From positions 2,931,434 to 2,995,433 of the forward strand of contig CM082593.2 of NCBI GenBank assembly GCA_040954595.2: DNA of 64,000 nt, given 5' to 3'. Position numbers and translations under genes: made by a program. Under the pieces are notes generated by a model. It searched no databases, was not told the origin of the DNA, and was given only the letters and a program-made list of their open reading frames with translations. Below are positions 13,629-28,300 of this stretch, piece by piece. Numbering within the stretch: position 1 is the stretch's first letter; every line of letters begins with the position of its first letter. This stretch comes from Balanoglossus misakiensis (Eukaryota; Animalia; Hemichordata).

Positions 13629-16600
13629 AGCTTATACATTGTACCAGAGAGTGTGTGAAGGTTTGAAAATTGACAACTCGCAATATTACTTCAGTTATCC
13701 GAACTTCTCTCGTAAAATATGCGACGCGAGAAGATAATTCTGTCATTTGAAGTCGCTTCAAAATCATCTCCACAAGTTTCGCGCAGGTTTCATTGCCCTT
13801 ACTCTTTGCCCAAAATGGGTCTGTCATTGATTTCCGTGTTAGTGTCTATATCAAGAATTAATTCTGAAAGTTATCGGGCATATAGCCCCGGCGATTATTC
13901 TAACGACGGTCTCAAGTTGTGACCCCAACCCCGGCGTGTCAAGCAGGTGTCCGTGACGGTGAAATATACACCACTCCACCGAAACGGTGTACGTTTCCGC
14001 GCCGTTATTGATTGTGTTTCACATCACATCGCCGGCGCGAGGCGAATAAAAAATTCCAAATTCATGCCAGTTTTGCGCATAAATCTACTCGACGGGATAC
14101 ATTTTTCATACCACCCGGGGACTTCTTGCCACCGCTGGAATTTTGACGACCGGCAAACCGTCAAAGAGTAATGCCCTCCCCCGAGAGAGTTAAGATGAAG
14201 CTCTCGTGGATTCGCTTCTAACACCTGCATTATAAAGCTATGAATATATATCATTTTTCTGTATGAGCGCCTATAGCTGGAATTTCGGGCGTATTTTCCC
14301 TAATCAGGCGTATTCTTCGCTTCGCACGAAAACTGCATTTAACTCGCGAATAGCACGGACTGCGCACTCGATCGTTGTTCATGCAAAGAGCCCAGATAAA
14401 AACAATTCTGATATTAATTTGGGAATTTATTTGTTAGTAATAAAGAACGAAAATCCATAGCGTGTATCATTCTGCGTTCATTATGTATTTCTTAACCTTC
14501 GAGGCAGGATGAATATGCTTCTTGATTTCATCGCTCATTGAGAGTTGACCAGGGGAAATGATGTTGACCGGATTTTTTCAGTGGTGATATTTGTTATATG
14601 TTCCAGCGACCTTAGGGTCAGCTTTTGGGTTGAGATATGGATACCTCTGCCACCGTGTTCACACTTGCGAATCGTTTTTCTTTACACTGCGGTGCAAACC
14701 AGCACGGCGAAGCTCTAGTTTTAAGAAGAAAAGCAAATTGACAATCCTCGAGTTTAATCCGAGGCGTCTTACGGTGGTTATACGTTATTAAGCCCGGGGC
14801 TGGGATGACGTCACAGCCAGGGAATCGACGAAAACAGGATATGTCGAGCTCCAGATGCCAGTAATTACAATATGCTGATTTTTTTGGTCTAATCAAAATC
14901 CTCTAACGAACGCTCTGTAATTACAGCGCGAAAGCAAATGAAAAGAAAATATAATTTAGGGCGTTGTGGGACCGTCCATCTTCGATATGGATCATACATG
15001 TGAGAGAGAACCCGCTGGGACTGATTGTGTTTAAACAACTGTACAAAAATTGCCATACTGGATTCGAGAAATTGATAGCGCGTGTGAGCTGATCTGACAA
15101 CAAGGCGCTCACCTCGCCAAACGAACAAAGGATACATAATATTTGGTGTTGGGATGATAATTAAATTCTGATCCATTAAGCGTTCAACGAGGAGTAATTG
15201 TTGGCTTATTGTCCGTTTCCTAAATATTTCAACAGTCATTTCCAGGGACTGATAAGCCCAAATTATGCCTATTGTCGGCACACACATTTAAACGGGGTCG
15301 GTGACCCGAAAATCGGTGCCGCAAAATTAAGAAAATAGACAGCGCAAGCGAGATGTGTCGATACGGTCGGATCATCGTATTATGTTCCATTGTTGTAAAG
15401 GAGTAAGAACGACTGCAGACGGCTCAAAATTTTTGAATATTTCAATTGCAGCACCTTAGCGACAATATTTGGAAGCCATTTTTAATCTCACAACGAAATT
15501 TTTGAATATGAATACCCCTGCTTGGAGAAACGCGGCAAGACCAGCGTTCCTCGTAAGGCGTATTCAACCTTCAGTCCGTCAAATACCTCTGACATAATGT
15601 TCTTCGCTCAGAGAAAAACGCTGTGAACGACAAGGCGGTGATAAGAACGACGAAAGTTCAATATCTACGCATGCGCTAAGCAATCCAGGTAAATTTTTTG
15701 GGTCACTTCTGCTCGTCGCACGGGAAGGCACACACGGCGGCCAGTCTGGTAGCATACCTATTCCTACGTTCTCGTCTTGGAGTTCTTGCAGCAGACTTGC
15801 GTGGACAGATACAAGGTGGATTTTCTAGGCTTGATATCAGAAGTTATCGATTTATTCTTTCAAATCTGACGCAACGTGCGAGGTAGGTCCCTAGCTAGAA
15901 AATTATTTAGCTGGAGTGTTCGAATGGGCAGTTATAATGCCACATGTACATGTAAGACCTCATTACTGAATTCTATTAATTCTAGATGCTTAAGTACACA
16001 TTATCTTAACCGCAACGGGGATCGTTTTAAAAGCATGGTGCATGTCCCTTTTCTGTTCCTTTTAAACGCGACACAGCACCAGAAAAATGCTCTTGTGTTT
16101 CCTTTGTGTTTGCGCTCTTCACGCCAAAGGAAAAAAACATCTGTTTCACCTGAGGCGCTTTAATCCCTGTCTGTAGAATATCACATCGTTGTTCAAGCAA
16201 AGTCGATAACAATTTTAATATCAGGAAGTAGACCCTTGATCGGCGAGGCAATGAAACTCGATGCGATAATGCACACTTTAAACTTGAAGTGGTTGGTGGT
16301 TCGATTAGAAAGTTAACACTGGCTGCGCCAGGATATGATTTCCTACTCCTTCTGTCTTCTCCCCTTTTTTCTGTCGTCTGAAATTGATCGCTTTTATTTT
16401 GGATCCACGCGAACACCAGCAGACAGGACAACAGTGATGGTGTGTTCCCCTCAAGTGACCCCACCTTCCGCCACGACGCCAACAATAAGAGAAACCATCA
16501 CAATTTCACGCGAATTTTTCTGCTCTAGTTATGCGAACATTATCTCGTCCACGGATAAGTATGATGTCATTATTTCCCTTTTTTTCGTTCCAACGATCGT

Positions 16601-17019
16601 CATTTCCTAACCTGTTGTTGCATACGTGTTATTTTTACCCGAAGCAAGGTTTTTGTTGGCGCGCATGCACTTATGAATCTCAATCTGAGAAGCAAATATT
16701 ATAATTTTATATTATATTCTTATCACAATATAGACAACATATGTTTCATATCGTTTTCATTGAGAGAGAGAGTACGGCAAATCTCCGTTTAATTAACAGC
16801 GTATCTGCCAGGTTTTGACGCAAAAATGGATTACTTTTGCACGGCCGCAAAGCAAATTCTACAAGAACGGGTGATATTTTTCACAGAGGAAAACGCGAAA
16901 GCTCTTTAAGGAGACATAGGTCAACACGATCAGCTTCCTCAAGGAGCCCTTCATTCAGACTTGAGAGATTCCATCAACCTTTCCAGCGCATATCACACTG
17001 AAGTGCGCGTAAAGGCAAT

Positions 17020-17070
17020 GAGCGTGCGCGCGCGGAAAGGGCGGGGCCGGGCACACTGAGCGCGCGACTC
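17020..17070 (+). promoter_or_regulatory. CpG-rich element with adjacent E2F-like site and Sp/KLF GC box
   Basis: GCGCGGAAA (17030-17038) immediately followed by GGGCGGGGC (17039-17047), within a run of GCGC repeats. Confidence 0.35.
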
Positions 17071-19561
17071 CAGTCCCAAGGCACAATCGCAAGCAGTTGT
17101 ATTCATTTAAATGAAATGAAAGCACTCTGCAAGCTAGCGTAGCATGTAAGATGTAGTGATCATGATAACACGATGAAATATTAATCCTATCTTTTGGGCA
17201 TTGTAAAACAATACAACTCTTAACTAAATTATGACTCATCGTCGAAGCCGTCGACGATATTCTATTTAGATATGGCGAGTGATTGCGCACATTCAGCGTC
17301 TGAAACTCTCACCCAGAACGACAGGCTTTTTACACTCTCACGCCTGACCGAAAAAGAAGAGTCCTCTCGTAGCACTGAGGGACGTGATAACACCATCACC
17401 ACTGCTGTGTTTTTTTTATTTAATTAGCACAATTAACTTGATTACACGCGATTTTTCTGCCCCTCCGTGTATTTCATCCAAGCCGTCGACAGTGACAGCA
17501 AACGCGCGGGCGAGAACTCCCTGAGCCGTAAAATCTTAAAATGTTTTCAAATAAAAAATTTGGGGGGGGGGATATGGGATCATTTTGAAAAATGCAAAGT
17601 TAAGAGTGACGGCTCACCGTTGCCTGATAGACGTTTTGTGATTTTTTATTGGGCTCGCGCAGAATTTGATGCGTTGGCAGGAGGTAATATGTTTGGTCGG
17701 TCAACAGTGATTTAGTATTACATGTCATATTGAATTTACCTGTCGTTGCTCGCTGTCACGAAAGAACTCCAGAAACACATATTTATTGAGGCATTGAATT
17801 GAGTCCCTCCATTCATATTTCCCGGAGAAAGCAGCAACACGGGTCAAGGGCTAATTGATTTTGCATCATTTTCTGGAAACCCGAAACTGTGCGCGAGGAA
17901 GGACAACACAGCAGTCGGTGGGCGCTGAGAAAATCTATTAATTTCACAGATAAAACAAGTTCTCTGTGTGCAGGTTCTAGAGTTTCAGAGTCAGATTTGT
18001 TAAACTATATATACCCACTGCACTCCAGTCAAGCCAGCAGATAGTACACGGGTGCTCAAAGCGAAACGGCAAACACGCCAAAGCTAATAGAACCGAAGTG
18101 TACAATCGATTCAAGACGCAAACTTTGCTCTTAAATGTTCAATTGAGCAGCGCGTCTTTCTTCACATGCAGACGGCGTTGACAGACAGCATAAAGAACCC
18201 CGTTTTCCATTTTTAAATCGCGATTAGCGCGCAAAAATCAAAGCTGTTTAAACTCTTCTTAATAGTTTGCAAAATAGTTGCATCCAGTGTGTTCACGACG
18301 CGACGATACAGCGTTTGATGTGCGCAGTCTTACTGTCTTAGAGTTTATTGATCTCGTCACGTTTTTCTTAAACACTTTTCCCTGAGACCATTCGTCTCAA
18401 GATGGCGCTCGGCGAATACTTTTTAAGATTCAACTGGTTTGCTTGTGGGTGGAATGATGAATAGATGTACCAAGTTTACAGGGTGATTTTTAACAGATAA
18501 TCATCGACAGGCACGCCACTGAGTCAGTCTCAATATTTCAGGGGAAAATAAAACATCAGGGATATTTTTGTTAATCATCTCGTGAATTGTCAAAGATTCG
18601 GTTTAGTCACAGAATTCGTGGATAAAAATTTGAGTCACCATTTCAAGTGCGGATTGAGAGTATAGTCATTATCACGTGATCGCATATAAAGTTCTGCATA
18701 CTACTGTGGCAATACACGAGTTTTCAATCAGCATACAATTTTGGACATGTACAACGTTAATGTTATTGATTCTTCATACTTGCATTTGGAAATCTCACCG
18801 TTTACCCCGAAACCTTGCGACATTATGTAACTGTTATTCACGTTTCATTTATAAATGGGGTGCATTGATTTTTCGTTCGTTGGTTACCGTTGACTGTTGT
18901 CCTAAAATTCGCCTATCAAATTAATTTCTGCGATTCAATTTCAAATCAATTTTCGTCAATTGGTAAATGGCAAACAATCATTTTTTTCGTGTCAAGGATA
19001 AAGAAAACCAGCGAAATAATTATCATTTATTTTTCATTAAATATAGCGTTCATATGTTCATGTATTTGAACGCAATACCTATATTGTATTCTGCTGAGTG
19101 GTGGTCATAGTTTCCCACTGCGCATGTTCAGAGCATTTCAGTGCACTTGGCGACGCGCTGTATGTTTGGACTGGTTGAACGAACATTCCACTCTATAGCT
19201 TCACAAAGACGATAACAACACAAACAGCTAGCCGCCCATTTTTTCCTAGAACAGATTTATCACATGCAAAATAAGTCCTAATACAGACTATTTGAATCTT
19301 GCAATTTCCGTCCCCGAGAAATAAATGAGCGACGCTAAAATGCCAGGACTCCAAATATCATAGCTAAAATACCCGCGCTTCCTGCAACCCCAAAGAGGCG
19401 TAATCTGCCGTATCCTCGGGTATTGACGGAATTAAAGGATTTTCACAGACATTGTTCCTAATTGGGCAGGGAATTCCTAAGCGTGTGATTTTCGAGCAAT
19501 TTAGGTGCGCTATTAAGTGTCTGTAATTTCCTCTGGATTATATCACGCGCCATGAAGAATG

Positions 19562-19695
19562 CCTCCTCTCCACCTCTCTCTCTGCCTCTCTCTCTCTCTA
19601 TCCCTCCCCCTCTCTCTTTACCCCCCTCTCTCTGTCCCTCCCTTTCTCTTTCTTTCCCTCTCTCTTCTCCCCCCCCCCCTCTCTCTTTCTCTCTC
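19562..19695 (+). repeat. Polypyrimidine (CT/C)n low-complexity tract
   Basis: About 134 bp almost exclusively C/T; source of the spurious E/R/G-rich ORF 19458..19703. Confidence 0.95.
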
Positions 19696-22600
19696 GGGTA
19701 CATCTAAAATCCGGGTTAACACAACTGAGATTTTGTAGAAGAAAACTAAAAGCGGCTGATACCGGTTTATCGGTCTAATCATCTGAATATAGGGGAATTG
19801 GTCCGGGGAATTCCTTCAAAGTGGTCGTATAACAGTTTCAGAATATCGCAGTCGGAATAGCCTACCACAGATTCCAGGTCTGACCCCAGTAGAATTCATA
19901 CATATGTAAAAACGATTTTATTATGTCGTTCGTTCGCCTCGTAACTCAAGGATATTTATCCATAAGCAAACATTGCTGTATATTTCGCGAACTGTTTTTA
20001 TATGTCCACTATGCGTGTTAACCCGGAGATGTGACTGTTGCAAGGGCTACAGATCACGTGTTAACACGACCGTGAACATGAAATTTACACGTGTAAGTTT
20101 TCACATCAATTACATTTCGTTGGAGAGTTCGAGTGAAATCTGCACCATTACTAATTTACCGCCATTATTCAAACAGTAACGCGGCGAATATTTGCATAGG
20201 CATGTCGTTTTCAACTGAGTCTATGTCGAACTTAAAATTGACTTAATATCACTACATTACAGACGCCATATGCTGTAATGAGTTCGATGACCTTGATCAG
20301 GGGCTGATTACAGCGTCTCCGAAAATTCCCGACCCCTGTCGTTGATTTCTGTTTGACACAAACATCGGTACGTGAGCTCTCAAGCGCCAACATGCTTTAC
20401 TTCCAAGATATGTTTATAGTTTATTTCAGCGCGGTGACATCCTTTCAACATTCGACAGTGTTTTTTATACTAAATACACACTGTGCGAAACCTGCGGGTT
20501 TATATCACCGATGGGTTTGAGATTGTTCGTGCCCGTGACTTAATTCACACAATTTGAGAGCAAGCATGTCGTTACTTCTCTTCCACAAACAAGCGAATAT
20601 TTTCACAATGTCACGTAAATTACACGGAAAACACGTTTCAATTTTGAAATACTTATGAGATACTTAAACATATTTTATTAGCAATCGTAAACTCAAAGTA
20701 CATGTGTCGGTGTCGCGTAACACATGGAGCAGTTTTTTTTAAATCATTTTGCGAACGAGGGCGCTTTGTGATCGTTTAGAGTGTATAATTAGGACCATTC
20801 TCTGTATTGTGTTTTTTTACGCTATGACGCGCATAATATTTCATCATTAACACAAAAAGTCATCTCTTTTCCAATGCTCCTACATTATTTATCAGTTTCA
20901 TCAACTCAAATGATCATCGTGATTTTCATATCCCCCATAAGGCAATACAAGTATTAGAGTCTTTGGTTACTATTCTTTATAACTAAATCTTCAATGAATA
21001 TGTAGTTATTCTTCATAAAGTCTTCGTTTTACGGTCATCGCGCTGATGAGAAAATACGCTGTCCTCGCGAGATCAATGATATTTCAAAACATCAATTGGA
21101 CCAGTTAAGTTGTTTTAAAGGGGGATATGTTTGCATTCTGAGATTCATTAGAACACGAAAAACACTCTCCAACGTTGCGTTTAATGGAAAAATAATTCAC
21201 AAAATATTGTCCCTAATTGATGGCCTCCATTACGGATACGTGCCTCGTCAATTTCGCCCCCAGGCAAATGATCATGAATATCAGATGAAATTAAATGACT
21301 TGACCTAAAATAAACTGATAGCAAATTGAAACTGACATGCTTAAATAATTTATTAACAATTTGCTGGGTCGTATATTGTAATGTTACATAAGCAAAGTCT
21401 GGTGAAGTCGTATATCTTGCGAGAGCAGCTCGTATGTCATGAGAATCCCTGATCACGATGGACTGGTAGAATAGTTTTAAATTGTTGGCCACCGTTGCTA
21501 GGGAACGCCAGTGACAGAGAAACCGTTTGCCTGGAGCCCCGCCTTGGAGATTATCCCATAAGTCGATTGCAACTATATAGTTGCATATCAGAGAGAATTA
21601 ACATACATAACCGAGATTCCCGATTATTTGAGAGTACAAAATGCCTTGCATGCATACGTCAGTTTGAGAGCTTCACAGTTGCACGCATACGCGCGCGGTA
21701 ATTAAGTGCGCGCTGCTTGGGGTCATAGGGCACCAGGTCACAACAACCTACATGTATTGGCAATTAATTAACCACAGCCAGTAGGTGACGTTTTTATGAC
21801 GTAATACCACCGTCTGCTGGTAATAGTAGTATACATGTATGTCTATGTTTATACTTTTCTCCATGTTAAGCCCAAGACATCAAAAACATTCTGAGGTGAT
21901 ACACAGATTTGGTGAAACTCAAAGTGGAAACAGTAACAGAGGTGTGCTTTACACGGTATAATTGAGAACTAATGCATTCTCGCGAAAGATCATTCAATGA
22001 ATGGATCTGCATAGCAACGGGATGGGCGGGGTCATAGTACACGTCCATCGCAACCGAGCGTTCGGGGAATGAGCCGCGCAACCTTGGGTCAAAGCGATAC
22101 AAAATAAGTAGTATCTCCATTTCAACGAGGGTTCGATGGCACTCCGATGTCTCCTTAGTTTAGCTAAACTATCAATCATCGCAGATTTGTCAGCGAGTAG
22201 TGCGTGAATGCCAGGGGGCCTAGACGGCACAGGTGAGACTTTGGCCCCGCAGAGCTCTTGTAACGTACCGCCGTAAGAACAGCCCCTGTGCACGGCGATA
22301 TTAGTATACAAAATTGTGAATCATCTGCCTCTACATACAGCGAAGCAACGTGTAATCTAAAGCACTAACTTACATGTAACTATATATCAAGGTATTATTG
22401 TCGGCGAGATTTATTGAAATTTCAGTGTTTCATGAAAACGCTCAAAACCACCTAAACGACGGGATTGTCCGAATGTTGAATTGCGCGATGAATCATATTG
22501 TTATCCGAAAACGCAGCGAGCGTTTAGCTATGCGCATTAATTTTCTTTCCAATCACGTAGCGAATCATCTTCAAGACATTTTCCAATAATTTTCAATTAC

Positions 22601-25258
22601 TTCAGCGGGCGGCTTTGCATTTTGTTTCCAGCGACCAATGTGATTCATACGCATTAAACGGGAAGGGGGGGGGGGGTATCTGCATTCCATTACAAAATGA
22701 TGCAGTGATTAAACCAAGGACGAGAGTAGAGGGTAAAAATCGCAGGGCTTACCGGCGGATTCCGTTTCTTGACTGGGCGAAGTGGTGGCTCTTGCCGATA
22801 CGCGGGAAAAGCCCTTCACCTGAAAATACAAGCCAAAACTGATTATATCTAGAAACTTAATTCTCCACTCCAGTAATTTTTACTCACTTAATCAGTTTCA
22901 ATACCCGAGCAGTGAATGTTCCTGAGCCTCATGGGAAGACAAATCTTACTATCTTTCGCGTCAAATTCCTCCGCGCTCACAGTATTAAAAGCGTTTTGCC
23001 ATGTCAGTGTTCGAGATTGGATAATCTTTTTTCGTTAAGTCCACAAGAACATTGAAAAGTCCTTGCCTTAATTGCCTCTAAACGAAAAACAATAGCGGTC
23101 CGTGATAATCTTACAAATATGTAAGCGGTTGGCTGTGCAATCAAACGGTATGGGTAAATCCATATAGGAAGACTTAGTGGCGCGCAAGATGGAGCGGCCA
23201 TCAAGTTTTATTTTACCGTTTCTCGATGCGCTCGTAAAAGTTTACGGTGCCTGTGGAGAACACGCGTCGTAATTTCGCGCGATCATTTGGAATAATTTGA
23301 ACAATTTTCATTTCATGTGTTTCTAAGATAGTATATTTTCGGGCGGTTTACGATTCCCGGTATTGCCTGTAGCCTGATGTGTGATATCCGATGCAGCGCG
23401 GAAATAGTATTAATGTGGTCGACAGAGCGTTTCGTCTTGAATATTGCGTTCTGTAAACTTAGCGTGGATGTCAGCTCTGACATATGCCTGTGCACGATAA
23501 GCGAACGACAAATTATAGTATTTATTTCCGTGTGTTTATTGTCTGATACAATTTGACTGCAATTCTAGTTTAGTATCACAATGAAACGAAACAACTTTAT
23601 GTGGGGGAAATAACGGAATTCTCAAAAAGTTGTGACGTGTGCTATGCCAGAGACGATACACGTGCACGTCTCTCGGGATAATGGTTTGTTATGACGTGAC
23701 GCACTAAGCCGGGGAAAAAACGCATTACTGTTAATATTTTAATACTTTATTGTCTAATCCGATAAAACGCCATCGTCTCATTTTCGTGTTCGTGTTGACA
23801 GCAGCGAGTGTAATACTCGATGGCTACGATGAGTACGCACACGCTAAGTGACGTTGCGTGACCTCTGAACTTTGCACATTTTCTCCCTCTCGGTCCGTCG
23901 GTTGACGGCTCTCAGAAATAACACATCATTAGTCTTCCTCTCGTCAAATCACATCGAACCAGAAGGTTTCAAAACAGATCAGCTCAAAAATGTTCAGCTG
24001 CGTGTTTGTGAAACGCGGTCTGACAGAAGGAAGGAAACGCCATGACAGTTTTTCGATTTTTTTTGAAGGATTGCGCAGGTCTACGCGCAGCATCTCGATA
24101 GTTTTTCTCTTAGCCTCAATTGGAGCGCCGAGGGCTCGTTTAATGCACGCCAGACGACACGATTTGCAAATTGAAACCTTGACACTTAATATTGAGGAGT
24201 TCCGCCAATCCCCAAATTGTCGCTTTATTCCATTTGAACTTGAGAGAGGCCATTCTCTCGAAGTGAGGTCTATTACTCAACCACTCAACCCGTGACCCAA
24301 GCACTGCGTTAATCAGTCAGTGTCACAGTTCGTGATTAATGTACGTTTGTGATATGTACGCATACCTTTGCATAAAAATACTTACTCAAACACCTTTTCT
24401 TCTTACTCCGTGACTTGGCCTGTCTATCTCTCTCCCCCAAACCAGTCCAAAGCCCGTCTTTCCGTCTTTCTGTCTGTCACTGTAAAAAATAGAAACATGT
24501 CTATGAAAATCTTTAGCAAGATTCCTACAAAGCTAGTTTCTCACCATTTCTCGAAATCGCAATCGAGTCGGCTACTCAAAATACAAGCCCGGGGTAATAA
24601 ATTAAAAGCCGCATTTTATAAGCAGTAGATGGTGGTGTGTGCGAAATTCGCGGAGAACTACATTCCACCCTTATCGCTCACCTTTGACCCCTGCGAAATG
24701 ATGTCATCGGGTCTGACAATTTACAATATTAAACCGTCGTAAAATATACTTTAATGCATGATCAGAAAACAGAAAAACACTTGGGAAAATTACATGTGAG
24801 TGCGAAACAATCGAATGACATGATCTTCAAACCCTGAGATTAATAAGTTATCGGATGGTACCAGGTGATCCTTATCGAGATCATGCCATACCCGGCTCTT
24901 AATACACAGGTGTTAATACTCGTGCTCGAAATTGCTTTTTTGATTTATTTCTTTCATAAAACCTCGTGTGGTTGATTTCACCTTCTGAAATCGACATGGG
25001 TTGGCTGCAATTTTTCTTGGTTAATTCGCCACGGATCAGTAGGGATGTGGCATACGAATGCGACCTGTAATTGTGACGCATACCGATGTACAGCGGTGTT
25101 CAAGGTTTTTAATTACTTCCCGGGGATGGCCCAGTCGTCAGGTATTTACCGGTCTTTGACGATTGCTCCAGTGCGGTTGGCGTAGTGTGCATGCTGTACA
25201 CATTTCTGAGAATCTTTTGGGTACAAGTGGTCATCGAGTTTGCCCAACCTTTCCTTGC

Positions 25259-25293
<35 letters not shown>

Positions 25294-25310
25294 GCTATCT
25301 CTCGCTGTCT
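25259..25310 (+). repeat. Compound microsatellite (CTGT)n(CT)n
   Basis: ctgtctgtctgtctgtctgtctctctctctctctcgctatctctcgctgtct. Confidence 0.9.
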
Positions 25311-28300
25311 CACGTTCACTTTACATATACTGTTGTCTATTCGTTTCCCTCCCCCTTCACCATCTTCACGTTTTGCCAATTAAATACTTGCATAATGATA
25401 AGGTTATGCGTGTTTCTATATTAATGGTCTCTCATCATTGACATTCACGGGGGTGGGTGTTTATCTCAATTCTTCTGAAAAATGACACAAGGCTATTATT
25501 TATCAAAATGAAAAAGAGGATTAAACGTGACTAAAATACCTCGAGCTACTCTTTCCTTGGTGGCGAGCTAAAACGCTTGGTTGCGTCTTCTACCGTCGGA
25601 AATGAGAACATACTTAATCCAATTTCGCGAGTATTTTTTTCTTGGGCAGTTTGAATTAGAAGTTATTTCCAGTGCCCCGTTAGGAGAATTTATCTTAATG
25701 CACCATTAAGTGTTTAAATACTCCGGGAAATGAAATCCACTTAAGATACGCTACTGCGACTATTCTGACTCATAAATCATTGACTGTGCTACCTGTAGAC
25801 TCCTATAAAGATGGCCGACATGATTGTGACCTTTCGACCCTGCGACCCCTTCACTGCTCTTCTTGCGTGTGTTTGTCGTGTTCGACGCGCGCAAAGGATT
25901 GTGTCGTCTCGGCGGGAAACTTTGAATGTTTCATTAGATTCCGAGGCAGAGTTTGTTCAGTGGTCAGATTTGACGGAATATTAGTCAGATGTTGGCAGCG
26001 ACGGTGTGGACACGGTTATGCCGTCTCAGCTGGAAACTGTGTGTCGACTGACGGTTAATGTCTACCTTTTTGAAGACTTTTTGGGTGACTAATACTGAAA
26101 AGGGCACAAAATTATTCGACCCCAACTTAGAAAGGTCGCCAGAAAGACAGGTTCCAGTAACCATGAAATCATTGCAAATGTCACTGGAAAGCACGTTTTT
26201 CAAAACGTCAGAAAGAATGTGATCATAATCTTTAATAACCATGTAGTGATTGCGGATACCTTTGGAAAACATCTCGTTTTCGTAATACAGCCCAGTAACA
26301 ACAATGGCAGACGTAGGCGGCCAAATTCGTGATTAGGGTAATTTTGCAGTTGGGAGGTTCTTCAAGGAGCCCCCTTTACAGAGTCAAAAGAAACTCGTCG
26401 CTGAACACGCCAACAGTATATTCTATAACAAGCATAATGCTATAATTTTCTTCTGTCGAGACTGGTTCATAACGATGTTGTCGTTTCCTTTGTTGACCTA
26501 AGTTCACCGACGGTACTGTCCTATTATTCCCCCAAACCATTACTGAATCGACGTGATTCCAATTACCCGGTTTTTAGACCGACATGTTGACGGATACACA
26601 CTCACTGAACAGACTACGTTCAAATCACAACCTAACTTTTTCGCTATTTTAAAGGACACAACGCACTTTCTTCTTCTACTCAAATCCAGAGAACGTGTGA
26701 TGTACACTGTGTCATTGTTTTGAAATCGAGCATTAACGGTCGATTTACCGGTACAAACAGATTCCAGACTTTTAGCCATCTAATTGTTCGAGCCATTAGT
26801 CTTAATGAGGTAAAAGGCTTAGACAAGCACGCATCTACTTCAAATTTCTTGCGCGGGTCTCCGCTGGTGACGTCAGCAGATCCAGGGGCTGACGATCGAA
26901 GTTGGCCTTGCAGCTGCTCAGCTGGGGAAGATCTGACGAAATGAGCGCACGTTTACCCCTTCGATATTCTTCGATGGAATTCACCCTGTCCACCAACTAA
27001 AAGTTTTTGATCATAAAATTTACCAACCGTGAAATTGCCCAAAAGGAAAACCTGAGCAGATTCGCTTTGCTGAAGTACATTCGCCATGGTATTTTTTTCA
27101 TTAAATGATCAACTCTCACTTGTGGGAACCTCATTCGTCTGGAAATAAGACGACGTTCGCTGTGCGGTCACGGATGACATTCCGAAACGTGAGCTTTGAC
27201 GAACGACTGGGACGCACAATTAACCAGATATTAACTTTATCAGTCGAAATCACAGAGAGCTTTTAGCGAGAATGTGAAAACATCGGCCACTGAAGAAAGA
27301 CACACGTCAGTCATTTCGCAAATGATGCCAAATTTCAGCAATTATCCCCTCTGTCGTCTGCCTCGATATCGCGTATCGGTCACGCGGGAAAGTAACCGGT
27401 CAATTGAACCGCTTTCTCAGTCTCATGATCACGGTATTTGAACCAGTAACTTTGCTGTATACAACGTTCATTTCATTGGCTACATGAAGTACAAAGAAAT
27501 ACTTTTACAGTCTCCATTGCTCACAAAGCGCGGCATAGGGCCAATAATGGTTGTCTTCGACAGACACAGACAGACAGAGGGTCTAAACTCCTCCTCATGA
27601 TTCAAATGTTTCAGATTTTAGCTGTAAACAATCACCATCTCATGTTTGATGACAGGAAGCAGCGTAGCAAATGACACGTTGCTCGAGATTTACACCTTCT
27701 GGTGTAAGGTACAAGGATCATTGCCGTAACTCAATTTAATGGCGTGTGTCCGGACCCAGTGAGCGGTATGAACAATATGGCGGCGGCTGGCAACGTTCGC
27801 CAATATCTTGCGTACTGAACTGTCACGCAGTTGGCGCGATTTCATGATGGTCTTGGCGCTTGGTGAGTTTAATTTGCTGGTTTCCCGTGTCATGGACGTT
27901 CGGGAATGATTAATCACTGTTTTGGCCATAGATGTACACTTTAATGACACAAATGACATGAAACTTTGATCCCGCTATGGTCTGCCGCGCCCTGTGTGTT
28001 CACATCCACTGAGTCACTCGGGAATTTTTGTCCTTCAAAGCGGAATCCGAGCGTAAGTCAAGGGAAAGTTTCCACGTACCTTATTAGTCACAGCTGTAAT
28101 TGTGTCGTCACAGTAGAGGACACTATTCATCAAGATCCTGTGTCATCTATCTGTCGCTGAGATCAGGGCCATCGCCCTCTACCGTCCGCACATGAACTGT
28201 ATTCGTCACTGCAGTTGCCAACCTCGCCACAACTCCTGGACTCCACGTTGAGTTGACCCGTAGCCTTAAAGGCCAAACATGCCATGGATTCCTGCAATTC

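Noticed and set aside
18379-18400. miR-125/lin-4-like TCCCTGAGACC
   Set aside because: Only the first 11 nt match; the 3' half differs and there is no pre-miRNA-length hairpin.
27770-27868. Death-domain-like peptide IWRRLATFANILRTELSRSWRDFMMVLAL ending at a GTGAGT donor
   Set aside because: In-frame stops immediately upstream, no acceptor or start in that frame, and the similarity is too weak.
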